The notes under the pieces are model-generated. The model was not told where the DNA came from and did no database searches. It saw only the letters and a program-made list of their open reading frames with translations. A DNA stretch of 64,000 bases from NCBI GenBank assembly GCA_963711835.1, contig CAVQFQ010000025.1, positions 49,442-113,441 of the forward strand, given 5' to 3'. A program made the position numbers and the translations under genes. The stretch is from an uncultured delta proteobacterium (lineage in GTDB: Bacteria > Desulfobacterota > RBG-13-43-22). Below, piece by piece: positions 52,295 through 62,856 of the stretch. Each line of letters starts with the position of its first letter. Position 1 is the stretch's first letter.

Positions 52295-52449
52295 CTTTAA
52301 TGCAAGCTCCTCAATCTCATGTCAAGACTATTATGGGTCCCTTAATAAGCCGAACCAACCCGGCAATTATCCTGTTTCCCATGACCGGCTGCCCGGATAG
52401 CCGGTTTTTTATTGATGCGGATACCCTAACGGACCGAGGGGTAAAAAAA

Positions 52450-52632
52450 TTATCTGGGACCGGTCAGGGACTGGAGTTCCTTTTCTTTTTGGGCAATTTT
52501 TTCCTCCAATTCCTCAATGAGCACCAGTTGATAGGGTCGGATGGAATGGGCCGGAAGGGCGGCTTCCCGTTCCGCTTTTTCCTGCTGCAACAGGCAGATT
52601 TCCTCCTGAAGTTTTTGAATCAAGGGATTCAA
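52450..52632 (-). CDS. small coiled-coil hypothetical protein
   Basis: EREAALPAHSIRPYQL..IEELEE pattern. Confidence 0.5.
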   Translation of the reverse strand: MNPLIQKLQEEICLLQQEKAEREAALPAHSIRPYQLVLIEELEEKIAQKEKELQSLTGPR

Positions 52633-52901
52633 AGTGGTTCCTTTCGCTTAGATCGTTTTAGACCTCCTGCTTTTAGGCCATTCATTCGGGAATTATGAAC
52701 GGAAACGGAATCCGATTCAACCTCATTATATTTTTTGACGATCGCTTGTCAGATCCAACACCAAAATAGAACAAAGCGTCCTGGGCTCCCAGGAGGTTCA
52801 GCAGGCTGCAGAAAATGAGGATTACCTGCCCTGGACATCTCTTCGGGATGACTATATAATAATAGGTCACAATTTAAAGATCTCTTAAACATCTGACCCT
52901 C

Positions 52902-54209
52902 ATGATCCAATTCAACGGGCTCCTCGTTGCCTTCCTGGCCTTAACCTTCCTCCAGCTAATCTTTTTCCTCCGGATGGAGCAGATGAATCGGAACTATTTG
53001 CGAAAACATGGGCAACAGGTACCGGTAGTATTCGCTGGATTCATAGACAGCCGGAAACTGGCCCAAATGGTAGCCTATGGTTGGGACAAAAGCCGCTTTT
53101 CCTCGCTGGACCATATTTTTTCGGATGTGCTGCTCCTGGCTTTCCTGCTTTCCGGGATTCTCCCCGGCCTAAACGATTGGATCTCGGTCTGGGGATTTCC
53201 TTCGATGGTCTCGGGGTTTATCTTCCTGTTGATGTTGACCATATTGTCCTCGCTAAGCGCCATTCCCTTCGCATACTACCAGACCTTTGTCCTGGAGGAG
53301 AAATATGGCTTTAATCGGTCCAGCCTCCGGACCTGGATCGGCGATCAACTCAAGTCGGCCCTTTTATCCCTGGTCCTGTTTTCGCTGATCCTATCCCTGG
53401 TCCTCTGGATGATTCACCTCTCCCCGCGTTTCTGGTGGTTATGGGGTTTTTTTCTTCTTTCCGCCATCCAGATCCTTTTAACGGTGCTCTACCCGATCCT
53501 GATCGCTCCCCTCTTCAATAAATTCCAGCCCCTTCAGGATCAAGCCTTAGCCGAAAAGATTACCCGTCTGGTGGAAGGAGCGGGACTGCACCTCAAGGAA
53601 ATCGTGCAGATGGATGCCGGGCGGCGCAGCGGGCATACCAATGCCTATTTTACCGGGTTGGGAACCACCAAGCGGGTCGTCCTCTTCGATACCCTGATCC
53701 AAACGCACCCCCAGGAAGAAATCCTGGCCGTCCTGGCCCACGAATTGGGTCATTTTAAAAAGAAACACATCCTTAAACAACTCGGGCTAATGGAATTTTC
53801 CCTGCTGGCCGGTCTATACCTGACCAGCCTTTTATTGGACTGGCCTCTTTTGTATGAAACCTTTGGTTTTAAGGCGGCTGTGCCTTATGTGGGTTTATTC
53901 CTGATAGGCGTTTTGGGGTCTAAAACAGGCTTTTTCCTGGTTCCTTTTTCTATGGCCCTGTCCCGGAGATTTGAACGCCAGGCCGACCGGTTTGCCCTGC
54001 ATGTACTGAAATCTCCTGAAAACCTGGTCAGTGTCTTCAAAAGGATGGCCGCCGACAACCTGAGTAACCTTTTCCCACACCCCTTTTATGTCTGGTTTCA
54101 CTATTCCCATCCGCCCCTGGCAGAACGGATTGCCGTACTGGAAAACCAGTCGAAAAGCCTTCTTCTCACCGCCCACTCGTCAGGCCCCGGCGTGATTCGT
54201 TCGATATGA
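52902..54209 (+). CDS. Ste24-like M48 membrane metalloprotease
   Basis: EEKYGFN, PLFNKF, NAYFTG, HELGH, SRRFERQAD, YSHPP. Confidence 0.9.
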   Translation: MIQFNGLLVAFLALTFLQLIFFLRMEQMNRNYLRKHGQQVPVVFAGFIDSRKLAQMVAYGWDKSRFSSLDHIFSDVLLLAFLLSGILPGLNDWISVWGFPSMVSGFIFLLMLTILSSLSAIPFAYYQTFVLEEKYGFNRSSLRTWIGDQLKSALLSLVLFSLILSLVLWMIHLSPRFWWLWGFFLLSAIQILLTVLYPILIAPLFNKFQPLQDQALAEKITRLVEGAGLHLKEIVQMDAGRRSGHTNAYFTGLGTTKRVVLFDTLIQTHPQEEILAVLAHELGHFKKKHILKQLGLMEFSLLAGLYLTSLLLDWPLLYETFGFKAAVPYVGLFLIGVLGSKTGFFLVPFSMALSRRFERQADRFALHVLKSPENLVSVFKRMAADNLSNLFPHPFYVWFHYSHPPLAERIAVLENQSKSLLLTAHSSGPGVIRSI

Positions 54210-55105
54210 AGGCCATTAATCCTGCACCGGGCGACCGGGGGGACCGTTTGGCTTTAATGGCCCTGTTAGGCGGGGCAGCCGGCATTGCCTTTGCCCCGAT
54301 TTTTGTTCGGCTCAGCCAAGTGGGTCCGGTGGCCACGGCCTTCTGGCGGGTGGCTTTGGCCATTCCTCCCTTGTGGCTCTGGCTCTCTCTTGAAGGCCAA
54401 GGATCGTCCTCAGAAAGAAGGCCTGATTCTTTAAAGGATTATCTGGGGTTGATCATGGCCGGCATTTTTTTTGCCGGGGATTTGGCGGTCTGGCACTGGT
54501 CCATCAAGCTTACCTCGGTGGCCAATGCCACCCTCCTGGCCAATTTTGCTCCGGTTTTTGTGACCCTGGGGGGCCGGTTTATTTTCGGTCAAAAAGTCCG
54601 GGCTCTTTTTATGGTTGGGATGAGCCTGGCCCTGGCCGGGATGATCCTGATCGTCGGGCGAAGCTTCCAGGTGAGTTGGAATACCTTTTTAGGTGATCTT
54701 TTCGGGCTGACCACGGCCTTCTTTTATGCCGGCTATATTCTCTCGGTAAAGCAGTTAAGGAACGATTTTTCCACGGCCCATATTATGGCCTGGAGCGGGG
54801 CGGTAACCGCCGCCGCCTTATTGCCGGTAACCCTTTTATTTGGAGAAAAGCTTCTTCCCCTGACCGGTTCCGGCTGGCTGGTCCTGATCGGCCTGGCCAT
54901 CATTTCTCATGTAGGCGGGCAAAGCCTGATCGCCTTTGCCCTGGCCCATCTGCCGGCTTCCTTTTCTTCGGTGGGTTTGCTGGTCCAGCCGGTCCTGGCT
55001 GCCTTCCTGGCCTGGTTTATCCTTTCGGAAGGATTGGGGGTTTTTCAGGCCCTGGGCGGGGTGCTGGTCTTGATCGGGATTGTTATAGCCCGGCGAGGGA
55101 GCTAA
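54206..55105 (+). CDS. DMT/EamA family transporter
   Basis: About ten hydrophobic helices; TSVANAT, QPVLAA. Confidence 0.85.
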   Translation: MKAINPAPGDRGDRLALMALLGGAAGIAFAPIFVRLSQVGPVATAFWRVALAIPPLWLWLSLEGQGSSSERRPDSLKDYLGLIMAGIFFAGDLAVWHWSIKLTSVANATLLANFAPVFVTLGGRFIFGQKVRALFMVGMSLALAGMILIVGRSFQVSWNTFLGDLFGLTTAFFYAGYILSVKQLRNDFSTAHIMAWSGAVTAAALLPVTLLFGEKLLPLTGSGWLVLIGLAIISHVGGQSLIAFALAHLPASFSSVGLLVQPVLAAFLAWFILSEGLGVFQALGGVLVLIGIVIARRGS

Positions 55106-55138
55106 CCGGGCTGGAGCAAAACCGGTTACGCCTCCTCC

Positions 55139-55921
55139 TCAGGCAGGTTGCCCTTTTTTTACTTCTTCGATGACGGCGGCCATAATCGAGCCGGCTTGCC
55201 CCCGAAGGATCAGGTCGGCCAAATGATCCATGGGGGTGTGGTCCCGGTTGATAATAACCAGGCGGGACTTATGGCGTTTGGCCTCCCCCGGGAGGGCGGC
55301 GGCCGGGTGCACGACCAGGGAAGATCCGATCACCATAAACAGGTCCGCCAGGGAGGCCCGCCTGAAGGCCTCACTGGTTTCTCTTTCCGGCATGGCCTGG
55401 CCGAAAGAGATGGTGCTGGGCTTAAGGGGCTTCCCGCAGGCATCGCAATACGGCACTTTTAATCCCTCCTGCAGACGTCTTTGAATTTCGTCCCGGTCGT
55501 AAACCCGGCCGCATCCCTGGCAGGTTACGGACAGGGCCGACCCGTGAATCTCAATGATTTTTTCAGGTGAGTTTCCGGCCTTTAAATGAAGCCCGTCGAT
55601 ATTCTGGGTAATCAGGGCATCCAGCTTGCCCAGCCTTTCCAGCTCGGCAATGGCCAGATGGGCCGGGTTGGGTTGGGCCGGTTTCAGAGTCAGGTACATT
55701 TCAGTTGCCATCTCCCAGTACTTCTCCCGGGCCGATTCCCGGGTCATGAAATTCCGGTAATCAAAGTCTTCCGGGTTATAACGGTCCCAGATTCCGCCGG
55801 GACTTCGAAAATCGGGTATACCCGACTCGGTGCTTAAACCGGCCCCGGTCAGAATAACGGTCCTGATGGAATGGTTAATCCATTCGGCAAGTTGAGAGAC
55901 TGAAGGGTCCATGGCAGCCAT
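55139..55921 (-). CDS. cobB: NAD-dependent deacylase (sirtuin)
   Basis: GAGLSTESGIPDFR, TQNIDGLH, HGS, two CxxC, GSSLVV. Confidence 0.9.
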   Translation of the reverse strand: MAAMDPSVSQLAEWINHSIRTVILTGAGLSTESGIPDFRSPGGIWDRYNPEDFDYRNFMTRESAREKYWEMATEMYLTLKPAQPNPAHLAIAELERLGKLDALITQNIDGLHLKAGNSPEKIIEIHGSALSVTCQGCGRVYDRDEIQRRLQEGLKVPYCDACGKPLKPSTISFGQAMPERETSEAFRRASLADLFMVIGSSLVVHPAAALPGEAKRHKSRLVIINRDHTPMDHLADLILRGQAGSIMAAVIEEVKKGQPA

Positions 55922-55941
55922 TTCCTATGAAAAAATTTTTA

Positions 55942-56138
55942 AGTTTGTCCCAACGTTACGTGATTTTTAAGCACTCCATTCGTCGAGGGCTTCGGGGGTC
56001 TCTTCCTGCCCGGGTTCAGGCTGCCGGTGTTTTGGCGGACAATCCTTGAAATCAAGACCCCTGAAGCCCTTTGGGGTGATTAATATTTTAAGAGACACCC
56101 TCTTTGGTTTGAGAATCACGTAACTTTGGGACAATCCC
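55942..56138. mobile_element. MITE-like element, family A, copy 2 (inverted)
   Basis: Reverse complement of 31003-31200 with few substitutions. Confidence 0.75.
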
Positions 56139-56238
56139 CCAGTTTTTGATTGAGAAATAGAAGAAGTTGGGTCATTATAACAAAATTATAGGGTTACACC
56201 AAAAAAAATCACACCGGACCCAGGAGGAGGTTGCCGAA

Positions 56239-57928
56239 ATGGCGACAAAAGATCCCACCCTTGTTTCCCATTTTATCAAAGAAATCATTATGGATGACTT
56301 AAAGACCAACAAATACCAGGGCAGGGTTCAGACCCGTTTTCCCCCGGAACCCAACGGGTATCTGCATATCGGGCATGCCAAATCCATCTGTCTGAATTTC
56401 GGCCTGGCGGCTGAATTCGGCGGTCGCTGCAATCTTCGCTTCGACGATACCAATCCCACTAAAGAGGAAGTGGAATACGTGGATTCCATCAAGGAAGACG
56501 TGCGCTGGCTGGGTTTCAGTTGGGATGACCGGGAATACTATGCCTCCGATTACTTTGAACGGTTATATGCCTTCGCCCTCCAATTGATTCGGAAAGGAAA
56601 GGCTTATGTCTGCGACCTCAGCGCGGAAGAAACCCGGACCTATCGAGGCACCCTGACCGAGCCGGGAAAGGACAGCCCTTATCGCAACCGCTCGATAGAG
56701 GAAAATCTGGATCTCTTTCAAAAAATGCGGGCCGGAGAATTCCAGGATGGGGCCAGAACCTTGCGGGCCAAGATTGACATGACCGCCCCCAATCTCAATC
56801 TGCGGGACCCGGTCCTGTACCGCATCCTGCACGCCGATCATCACCGTACCGGGAAGGCCTGGTGCCTCTATCCTATGTATGACTGGGCCCACGGCCAGTC
56901 CGACTCCCTGGAGGGCATCACCCATTCCATCTGCACCCTGGAATTTGAAGACCACCGGCCTCTCTATGATTGGTGTTTGGAGGCCCTGGAAATCTATCAC
57001 CCCCGGCAGATCGAATTCGCCCGTCTCAACCTGACCTATACGGTCATGAGTAAACGAAAATTGCTCCGGCTGGTTCAGGAAGACCGGGTTTCCGGATGGG
57101 ATGATCCCAGGATGCCCACCCTGTCGGGTCTGAGGCGCCGGGGATATACCCCGGAGGCTATCCGGTCCTTCTGCGATCGTATCGGGGTGTCCAAGGGCAA
57201 CAGCCTGGTGGATATCGCCCTGCTGGAACATTGTCTTCGGGAGGACCTCAACAAGAGGGCCCCACGGGTCATGGCCGTGTTAAGGCCTTTGAAGGTGGTT
57301 ATCGTGAATTATCCCGAAGGCCAAATGGAAGAGCTGGAGGCCGTCAACAACCCCGAAGACCCCGCCATGGGCACCCGGAAGGTTCCCTTTTCCAGAGAGA
57401 TTTTCATCGAGCAGGACGACTTTCGTGAAGATCCGCCTAAAAAATTCTTCCGACTGGCTCCGGGCCGGGAGGTCCGGTCTGCGCTATGCCTATTTCATTA
57501 CCTGTGTCGGGGTGGTGAAGAACGATCAAACCGGCGAGATCATGGAATTGCATTGTACCTTTGATCCCCAGACCCGGGGCGGGGATTCCCCTGACGGCCG
57601 GAAGGTCAAGGCCACCCTGCACTGGGTTGCAGCCAATCAGGCCCTTGAGGCCGAGGTGCGTCTTTACGATCATCTCTTTCTCAAGCCGATACCCGAAGAA
57701 GTGGAAGATTTTCTGACGGTCCTGAATCCAGACTCCCTGGAGACCCTGGCGGGCTGCCGGGTGGAACCCGGTTTGGCAACCGCCGTTCCCGGGAGCCGCT
57801 TCCAGTTTGAAAGGCAGGGTTATTTTTTCGTTGATCCCAAGGCATCCCATCCCGGGAGACCGGTCTTCAACCGGACGGTACCCCTGAAAGATACCTGGGC
57901 CAAGATTGAGAAGGAGGGCAAGCTATAA
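56239..57928 (+). CDS. glnS: glutaminyl-tRNA synthetase; 1-nt frameshift near 57478 (probable assembly error)
   Basis: [18 protein letters not shown]; removing one T restores EVRLRYAYFI and joins the two ORFs. Confidence 0.92.
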
Positions 57929-57962
57929 GCCCTTAACCCATCTTTTCCTGGTTTGATGTGCC

Positions 57963-58295
57963 TTAGGTTAAAAAGATCTCCAAAAAATTTGAGAGAAAGG
58001 CTTCATCCCGGGGATCGATTTTAATGAAATCGATCCCGGTTCCCACTTCATCCTTCCCGGAATGAATGACCTGCCCTTCAACGGTAATTTTGCCCATCCC
58101 AGGCAAATCAATCAAGAGTGGAAAATGTGTGCCCGGCCGGGCCAGGTTGCTTTCAGGAAGAAAGCATCCTTTAATGGAGAGATTGGTGCAAAGGCAGGTT
58201 TTTTGGAGATGAGGGATGAGGATGGGAACCCCCAGGGCCAGGCGCTGGAATTTCCGTTTCTCTATGCCGGCGGGAGATTCGTTGGTGGTATCCAC
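57963..58295 (-). CDS. PilZ-domain protein
   Basis: KRKFQR and NLSIKG motifs, GIDF. Confidence 0.75.
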   Translation of the reverse strand: MDTTNESPAGIEKRKFQRLALGVPILIPHLQKTCLCTNLSIKGCFLPESNLARPGTHFPLLIDLPGMGKITVEGQVIHSGKDEVGTGIDFIKIDPRDEAFLSNFLEIFLT

Positions 58296-58350
58296 TTGCC
58301 TTAGGCCCTTCCTGGGGATTTTCCCTTATGCGGGCGGTATAAAAAGCAAA

Positions 58351-58575
58351 TCAATAAACGGTGACTAAGGCCTCACGGTCTGCCAGGTTAATGCGAGCCC
58401 CCATTGGTTTGGCGATCCAGCGTTGCGGTTTAGCTGAACCTGCGGCCAATTTGCGCTCCCTGAGCGCCTGGGCCAGCAGGTTGGAGATCAGCCGGCCAAG
58501 TGATTGGCCCTCCTGCTGCTGGATTTTTTTCAGATCCTTCAAAATGGTAGCTTCGATATCGACAGTCGTTCGCAT
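58351..58575 (-). CDS. VapB/RHH-like antitoxin without adjacent toxin
   Basis: MRTTVDIE...SLGRLISNLLAQAL. Confidence 0.6.
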   Translation of the reverse strand: MRTTVDIEATILKDLKKIQQQEGQSLGRLISNLLAQALRERKLAAGSAKPQRWIAKPMGARINLADREALVTVY

Positions 58576-58638
58576 GATGTTTTGATGCTAATATAAATCG
58601 CATCAGATGTCAATGTGTCATTAAAGTTAAAAAAAGAG

Positions 58639-58667
58639 TTGACACCGGATTAGGGTGAGGTTAAAAT
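58639..58667 (+). promoter_or_regulatory. sigma70-type promoter of the TA operon
   Basis: TTGACA-17nt-TAAAAT. Confidence 0.6.
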
Positions 58668-58706
58668 TGGACAAAATTACCAAAATGTTCAAAAAGGAAA
58701 AAGAGA

Positions 58707-58961
58707 ATGGCTGAGTTATCCACCAGTGAGGCAAGAGAAGGCTTTTCGGATACTGTAAGCCGAGTCTTTTATAAAGGGGAGCGGATAATCCTTAAAAGGC
58801 ATGGCAAGGAATTGGCCGCCATTATACCTATTGAAGATCTAAAAATGTTGGAAGATTTGGAAGATCGGCTTGACCGGGATGAAATAAAAAAGATACGACA
58901 AGAGATAAAAAAGAAGGGAACCATTTCCTGGGATAAAATTAAATCTGATCTGGCCTTGTAG
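58707..58961 (+). CDS. Phd/YefM-family antitoxin
   Basis: SEARE.FS..V...GERIILKRHGKELAAIIP. Confidence 0.85.
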   Translation: MAELSTSEAREGFSDTVSRVFYKGERIILKRHGKELAAIIPIEDLKMLEDLEDRLDRDEIKKIRQEIKKKGTISWDKIKSDLAL

Positions 58962-58963
58962 CC

Positions 58964-59212
58964 ATGTCCTATCACATAGAGTTCTCCCCCCGAGCAGACC
59001 GCCAATTCAGGAAACTTTCTCGAGATATCCAGATCGCTTTAAAACCTGCCATTGATTCTTTATCGTCCAATCCCTACCCGTCTAAGATAAAAAAGTTGGA
59101 GGAAAACGTTTTCCGCCTCCGCAAGGGGGATTTTCGAGTTGTCTATGAGGTTCAGGAAAAGGCCCTCATTATAATCAAAATAGGCCACCGGAAAGGAGTT
59201 TATCGAAAATAA
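58964..59212 (+). CDS. RelE/ParE-family toxin
   Basis: IEFSPRA.RQ.RKL...NP...KKL...FRLRKGDFRVVY...IGHRK.VY. Confidence 0.88.
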   Translation: MSYHIEFSPRADRQFRKLSRDIQIALKPAIDSLSSNPYPSKIKKLEENVFRLRKGDFRVVYEVQEKALIIIKIGHRKGVYRK

Positions 59213-59258
59213 AAACCTCTCAACTTTTAAGGACCGCTTTTAAAAGTGGACCCTAAAC

Positions 59259-59363
59259 CGATTCCATGACCTCTGGCATACCTTCGCAAGTCACCTGACT
59301 ATGGGAGGGGCCAACCTAAGAACCGTTCAAACCCTACTGGGCCACAAGGATTTGAGAATGACT
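59259..59363 (+). pseudogene. tyrosine recombinase C-terminal remnant
   Basis: [35 protein letters not shown]; no N-terminus, HxxR Arg replaced by Trp, catalytic Tyr segment missing. Confidence 0.75.
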
Positions 59364-59558
59364 GAACTGGATCTCTTCCCCCGGGCGATAATTTATGTCT
59401 TCCGAATACTTTTTTATTAATTCTCGAAGGGTTTCCCACTTATACCACAGCCCTTCAGCAAGATAGGAGAGTTCCCTCCTTTTGGCAGCCCAAACTGGTC
59501 CGGATATTTTAATCTTTAAAAATTTCTCAATATCTGTTTTTGTCATTAGCGTCATCAT
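59334..59558 (-). CDS. short hypothetical protein, possibly truncated
   Basis: AGGAG RBS and ATG; 3' end overlaps the integrase remnant. Confidence 0.35.
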   Translation of the reverse strand: MMTLMTKTDIEKFLKIKISGPVWAAKRRELSYLAEGLWYKWETLRELIKKYSEDINYRPGEEIQFSHSQILVAQ

Positions 59559-59754
59559 AGAAACTCCTTATCTGCTGTTTATTAATCAGTCCAGGGTTCA
59601 GTGAGTAATCGGAACTTAATTGTTTCTTTTCAACCAGTCCCAATTGATGCTCGATCTTTTGGGTCAGGTTCAGGCAGGTCTTTCCCTTGACTCCCCGCAC
59701 CTGGATTTCTATCTTACCATCTTTTTGGATGAGTATTTCCAATTCTTCGGCCAT
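59527..59754 (-). CDS. DUF2997-family protein
   Basis: EILIQKDGKIEIQVRGVKGKTCLNLT..IE..LG. Confidence 0.8.
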   Translation of the reverse strand: MAEELEILIQKDGKIEIQVRGVKGKTCLNLTQKIEHQLGLVEKKQLSSDYSLNPGLINKQQIRSFYDDANDKNRY

Positions 59755-59794
59755 AATCTGTTTTCCCCTTAAATTTTTATGATGCCAATAAACA

Positions 59795-60184
59795 CTAAAA
59801 CCCGGCCACTTTTCGAAGGATTAATTTGATCGCCCCGGTCTCGGTCCGGACCTGATTAACCAGGCTGAAGCCCCTGACCCTGGCCTCCTTGATAACCTTC
59901 CTCTGGGCATATCCCTGATGAATTTGGGATATTAAACCTTTTACCTCCCGCCGATTCAGTTCCTCCCATATCCCTTCAATTTGGTAGGCACCTTTAGCGT
60001 TATCTTTTTGGAATCCCCACCTGGCGCCCCCTTTATCTCCTACTATCAAATCGATGGTTTTTCCAGACCCCCCAAACCCCTGGATCCTTCCCCCTTCTTG
60101 CACGGTGAGATTCAGCCCCCGGAGGGTTTCCAATAATACCTCTCGATCATAAAACTCGGTACGGATAGTCGTGATATGTGACAT
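59795..60184 (-). CDS. DUF1257 (Ycf35-like) protein
   Basis: MSHITTIRTE...L.L...IQGFGG...YA..KV..EAR..GF. Confidence 0.8.
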   Translation of the reverse strand: MSHITTIRTEFYDREVLLETLRGLNLTVQEGGRIQGFGGSGKTIDLIVGDKGGARWGFQKDNAKGAYQIEGIWEELNRREVKGLISQIHQGYAQRKVIKEARVRGFSLVNQVRTETGAIKLILRKVAGF

Positions 60185-61072
60185 TTAGGTTCTCCTTTCC
60201 GGCCTAATGCCGATCAATTCCAACCGTTCTTTTCGTAACCAATTTCCCTTAGGCTTACCGACCGGAGGAGCTGGAGGCCCCGGGTGGAAGTGCTTGGGCA
60301 AGGGATTGTCATGTCCGGTTATCAGATCCAAACGCAGTCTCAAATCCCATCCCCGGACCTTGTGATTGAAAGGGAAGGCTTCTTCCCCTGGTTCAGGCTT
60401 CGCTCTCAGGAGAAGCCAGAGGGCGTTCAGATCTAAAATTCCCTGTTTGATTTCATGGTAGATCTCCTGATCCTGAGTAATCAGCGAGCGCAGGGTCTCG
60501 CAAAAAAAGAGGGAATGCGGGGGACTTTGGGTTTTAATGGCTCGAATAACCGCCCTTAAACCTTCGGTCCTAAAATGCTTATAAATAAATAAAAGGCAGC
60601 GACAGCGAATGGTTATATCCGGATGATAGAGACCCGGCATCAGGTCTTCCGGCTGAACCCTCGCTGGGGGAGTCTTGGAAAAGCGAACCATGATCTCAAC
60701 CAATCGGGTCTTGAAGCGTAATTGGGTCTCTTGGCGGACCCGCTCCGTAAGCAAGGTAAAAAAGTCCTCTAGATCGATTCCTTTTGGAATATTTCTATTG
60801 GTAGGGAAGAAGATCTCGAGGATTTTAAAAAAATCGCCCTGCCTCGGCCCCTTCGTTAATCCCTGGATCAGACCCTTTAGGGTCTCCTCTTTCTCCAGAA
60901 TGGTCCGGCTCCCAAAATCGGGCCTCCGGAAAGTCAAACAAGTCCATATCCAGCGCAGGACCTGAGTCGGGGATTTGGCCCGGCGGACCTCCTGAAGGAG
61001 GGCCTGTTTCTGCTCCGAATCCAGGGCGGGTTCCTGTTCGATAAACCGCATTCCTTCCTTGAAAATGTTCAC
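60185..61072 (-). CDS. hypothetical protein
   Basis: 295-aa ORF translationally coupled between the AAA gene and DUF1257. Confidence 0.55.
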   Translation of the reverse strand: MNIFKEGMRFIEQEPALDSEQKQALLQEVRRAKSPTQVLRWIWTCLTFRRPDFGSRTILEKEETLKGLIQGLTKGPRQGDFFKILEIFFPTNRNIPKGIDLEDFFTLLTERVRQETQLRFKTRLVEIMVRFSKTPPARVQPEDLMPGLYHPDITIRCRCLLFIYKHFRTEGLRAVIRAIKTQSPPHSLFFCETLRSLITQDQEIYHEIKQGILDLNALWLLLRAKPEPGEEAFPFNHKVRGWDLRLRLDLITGHDNPLPKHFHPGPPAPPVGKPKGNWLRKERLELIGIRPERRT

Positions 61073-62593
61073 CTTTCCCGTCCCCTTTGGGTGAATTGTT
61101 TTACCTTGTTTGAACTGGGGGAGCCGCTTTGTCCCCCGGTCCGGTTGGCCGGCCGGGCATGAAAAAGTCCCCAGGTTCTAATAGCCTCAATCTTTTCTTT
61201 CATCAGGCTTGAAAGAGGGCGGGTCTCCCGGATGGCCTTTAAGAGGCCCAGCGAGGAGAGCTTCACACCCCGGTAAAAAGATTCGTACCCGGCGTCCTCA
61301 AAGGCCTGTTGAATTTCAGCCCCGGAAAACCCCTCAGTCGAGTTTACCCATTCGGTTTCAAGAGGGAGATCGAGTCGTCTGCCTTCCAGAAGAATCTTAA
61401 AGATCTCCTCTCGTTCCTCCCAACCGGGTAGATCGATGAAAAAAATCTCATCCCATCGTCCTTTGCGAACGAATTCAGGCGGGAGGGCCGTGGGATCATT
61501 GGCCGTAGCCGCCAAAAAAACCGGGGCCGACCTGTCCTGGAGGAAATGGAGAAAGGTCCCGAGGATGCGGTGGGAAACCCCCCCATCGGTGCGGGAATCG
61601 GTCCGGGGGAAAATTTTTTCCAGTTCATCAATCCAGAGCAGGCAGGGGGCGTATTGGATAACGGTCGTCAATGCCTGTTGGATCCGACGTTCGCTCTCCC
61701 CCACACCCGAGCGGTAGATCCTTGACGGGTCGAGCCTGAAAAGGGGCAGTCCCCATTCTTTTGCGAGGAACTGGACCAACAGGCTCTTGCCGCAGCCTGG
61801 GACCCCGGTCAACAAGACCCCTTTGGGAGGACACAACCCCGCCTCGGAAGCGGACTGGGGGTCGCAAAAGACACGGCCCCGGACCTGGAGCCAGTTCTTG
61901 AGAGGTTTTAATCCCCCGATTTGATTAAAATCACCCCGGGGATGTTCGACGATCAGGATCTCCCCCGAGCGGGATTCCAGCCATTCCGACCGCAGTTCTT
62001 CCAGCCCGCGGTGATCTATTTTTCCGAAGCGGACCAGGGCCAGGGCTATAAAATGTTCTATTTCCCTGGGGCTCATGCCCGAGCAGGCCAGAATGGCCTT
62101 TTCTTTTTCTTCCGGAGGAAGCCCAAAATCGAAAATCTCACCGAGTTCCCTGCGGTCAGGGCGGCGGGACCGCAGGACCGGGATATCGGCCAGTTCGTCG
62201 GGCAGATTAATATCCGGTCCTCCGACTATGACCACTGTATCGGTGAACCGGCTGAACTCGATAATCTCCCGCAGCCGTCCCAGGATCAGGGGATCGGGGG
62301 ATGAAGAAAGAGGTGAAAATAATCGTAAGATCCAGACCACCTGGTTCCCGCGGAACAAACCCTCGGTTCCCCTTTTCTGGATGCTGTCCAGGACCGACAG
62401 GGGGTCGGCAGGCTCTCTTTTTTTTCCCGACGGTCAGGGTATTGGTCCCGCTGGAATAGACCCGGACCTCGGCCCCGATTTCAGCAGCGACCCCGGAGAT
62501 TTCTTCCTGGGCTCGGCGGAGTTCGTCGGCCCCCAGGTAAAACACCGGGGTTCGGGCCTTGATGAGTTCGGCTATCCTTTCCCGGGGGATCAT
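61069..62593 (-). CDS. Ycf46-like AAA+ ATPase; frameshift(s) near 62360-62420
   Basis: IGGLKPLKNWL, GVPGCGKS Walker A, LWIDELEK Walker B, RKGRWDEIFFIDLP; N-terminus LIKARTPVFY in another frame. Confidence 0.8.
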
Positions 62594-62597
62594 CGCC

Positions 62598-62738
62598 TCA
62601 TCCGCAGTAGCCCGAGGCCGTGGGAAACAGCTCCTGGCCGAGGGTCTCGGAAATCCCTTCCAAATCGGGGCTGCTGCCCCACCAGACTACCAGCCCGTCT
62701 TCGGCAACGACGATTTCAATTTCGATTTGAGGATCCAT
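62598..62738 (-). CDS. 46-aa acidic protein ending YCG, first gene of the AAA operon
   Basis: MDPQIEIEIVVAEDGLVVWWGSSPDLEGISETLGQELFPTASGYCG; stop 4 nt before the AAA ATG. Confidence 0.5.
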   Translation of the reverse strand: MDPQIEIEIVVAEDGLVVWWGSSPDLEGISETLGQELFPTASGYCG

Positions 62739-62856
62739 TTTTTTCTACCATTTAGGGATTTATTAAAAAAATGTATTATGTTTTTAAACATTAAACACAT
62801 TGAGTCAAAAAAACAGGTTGTTTGCCTCCTTGATACCTTTCCGATTTGCGAAGCCG

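Noticed and set aside
62598-62606. C-G-TGA end of the 46-aa ORF as Sec read-through
   Set aside because: The next gene starts 4 nt later and no UGGA-type hairpin follows; an ordinary stop is more parsimonious
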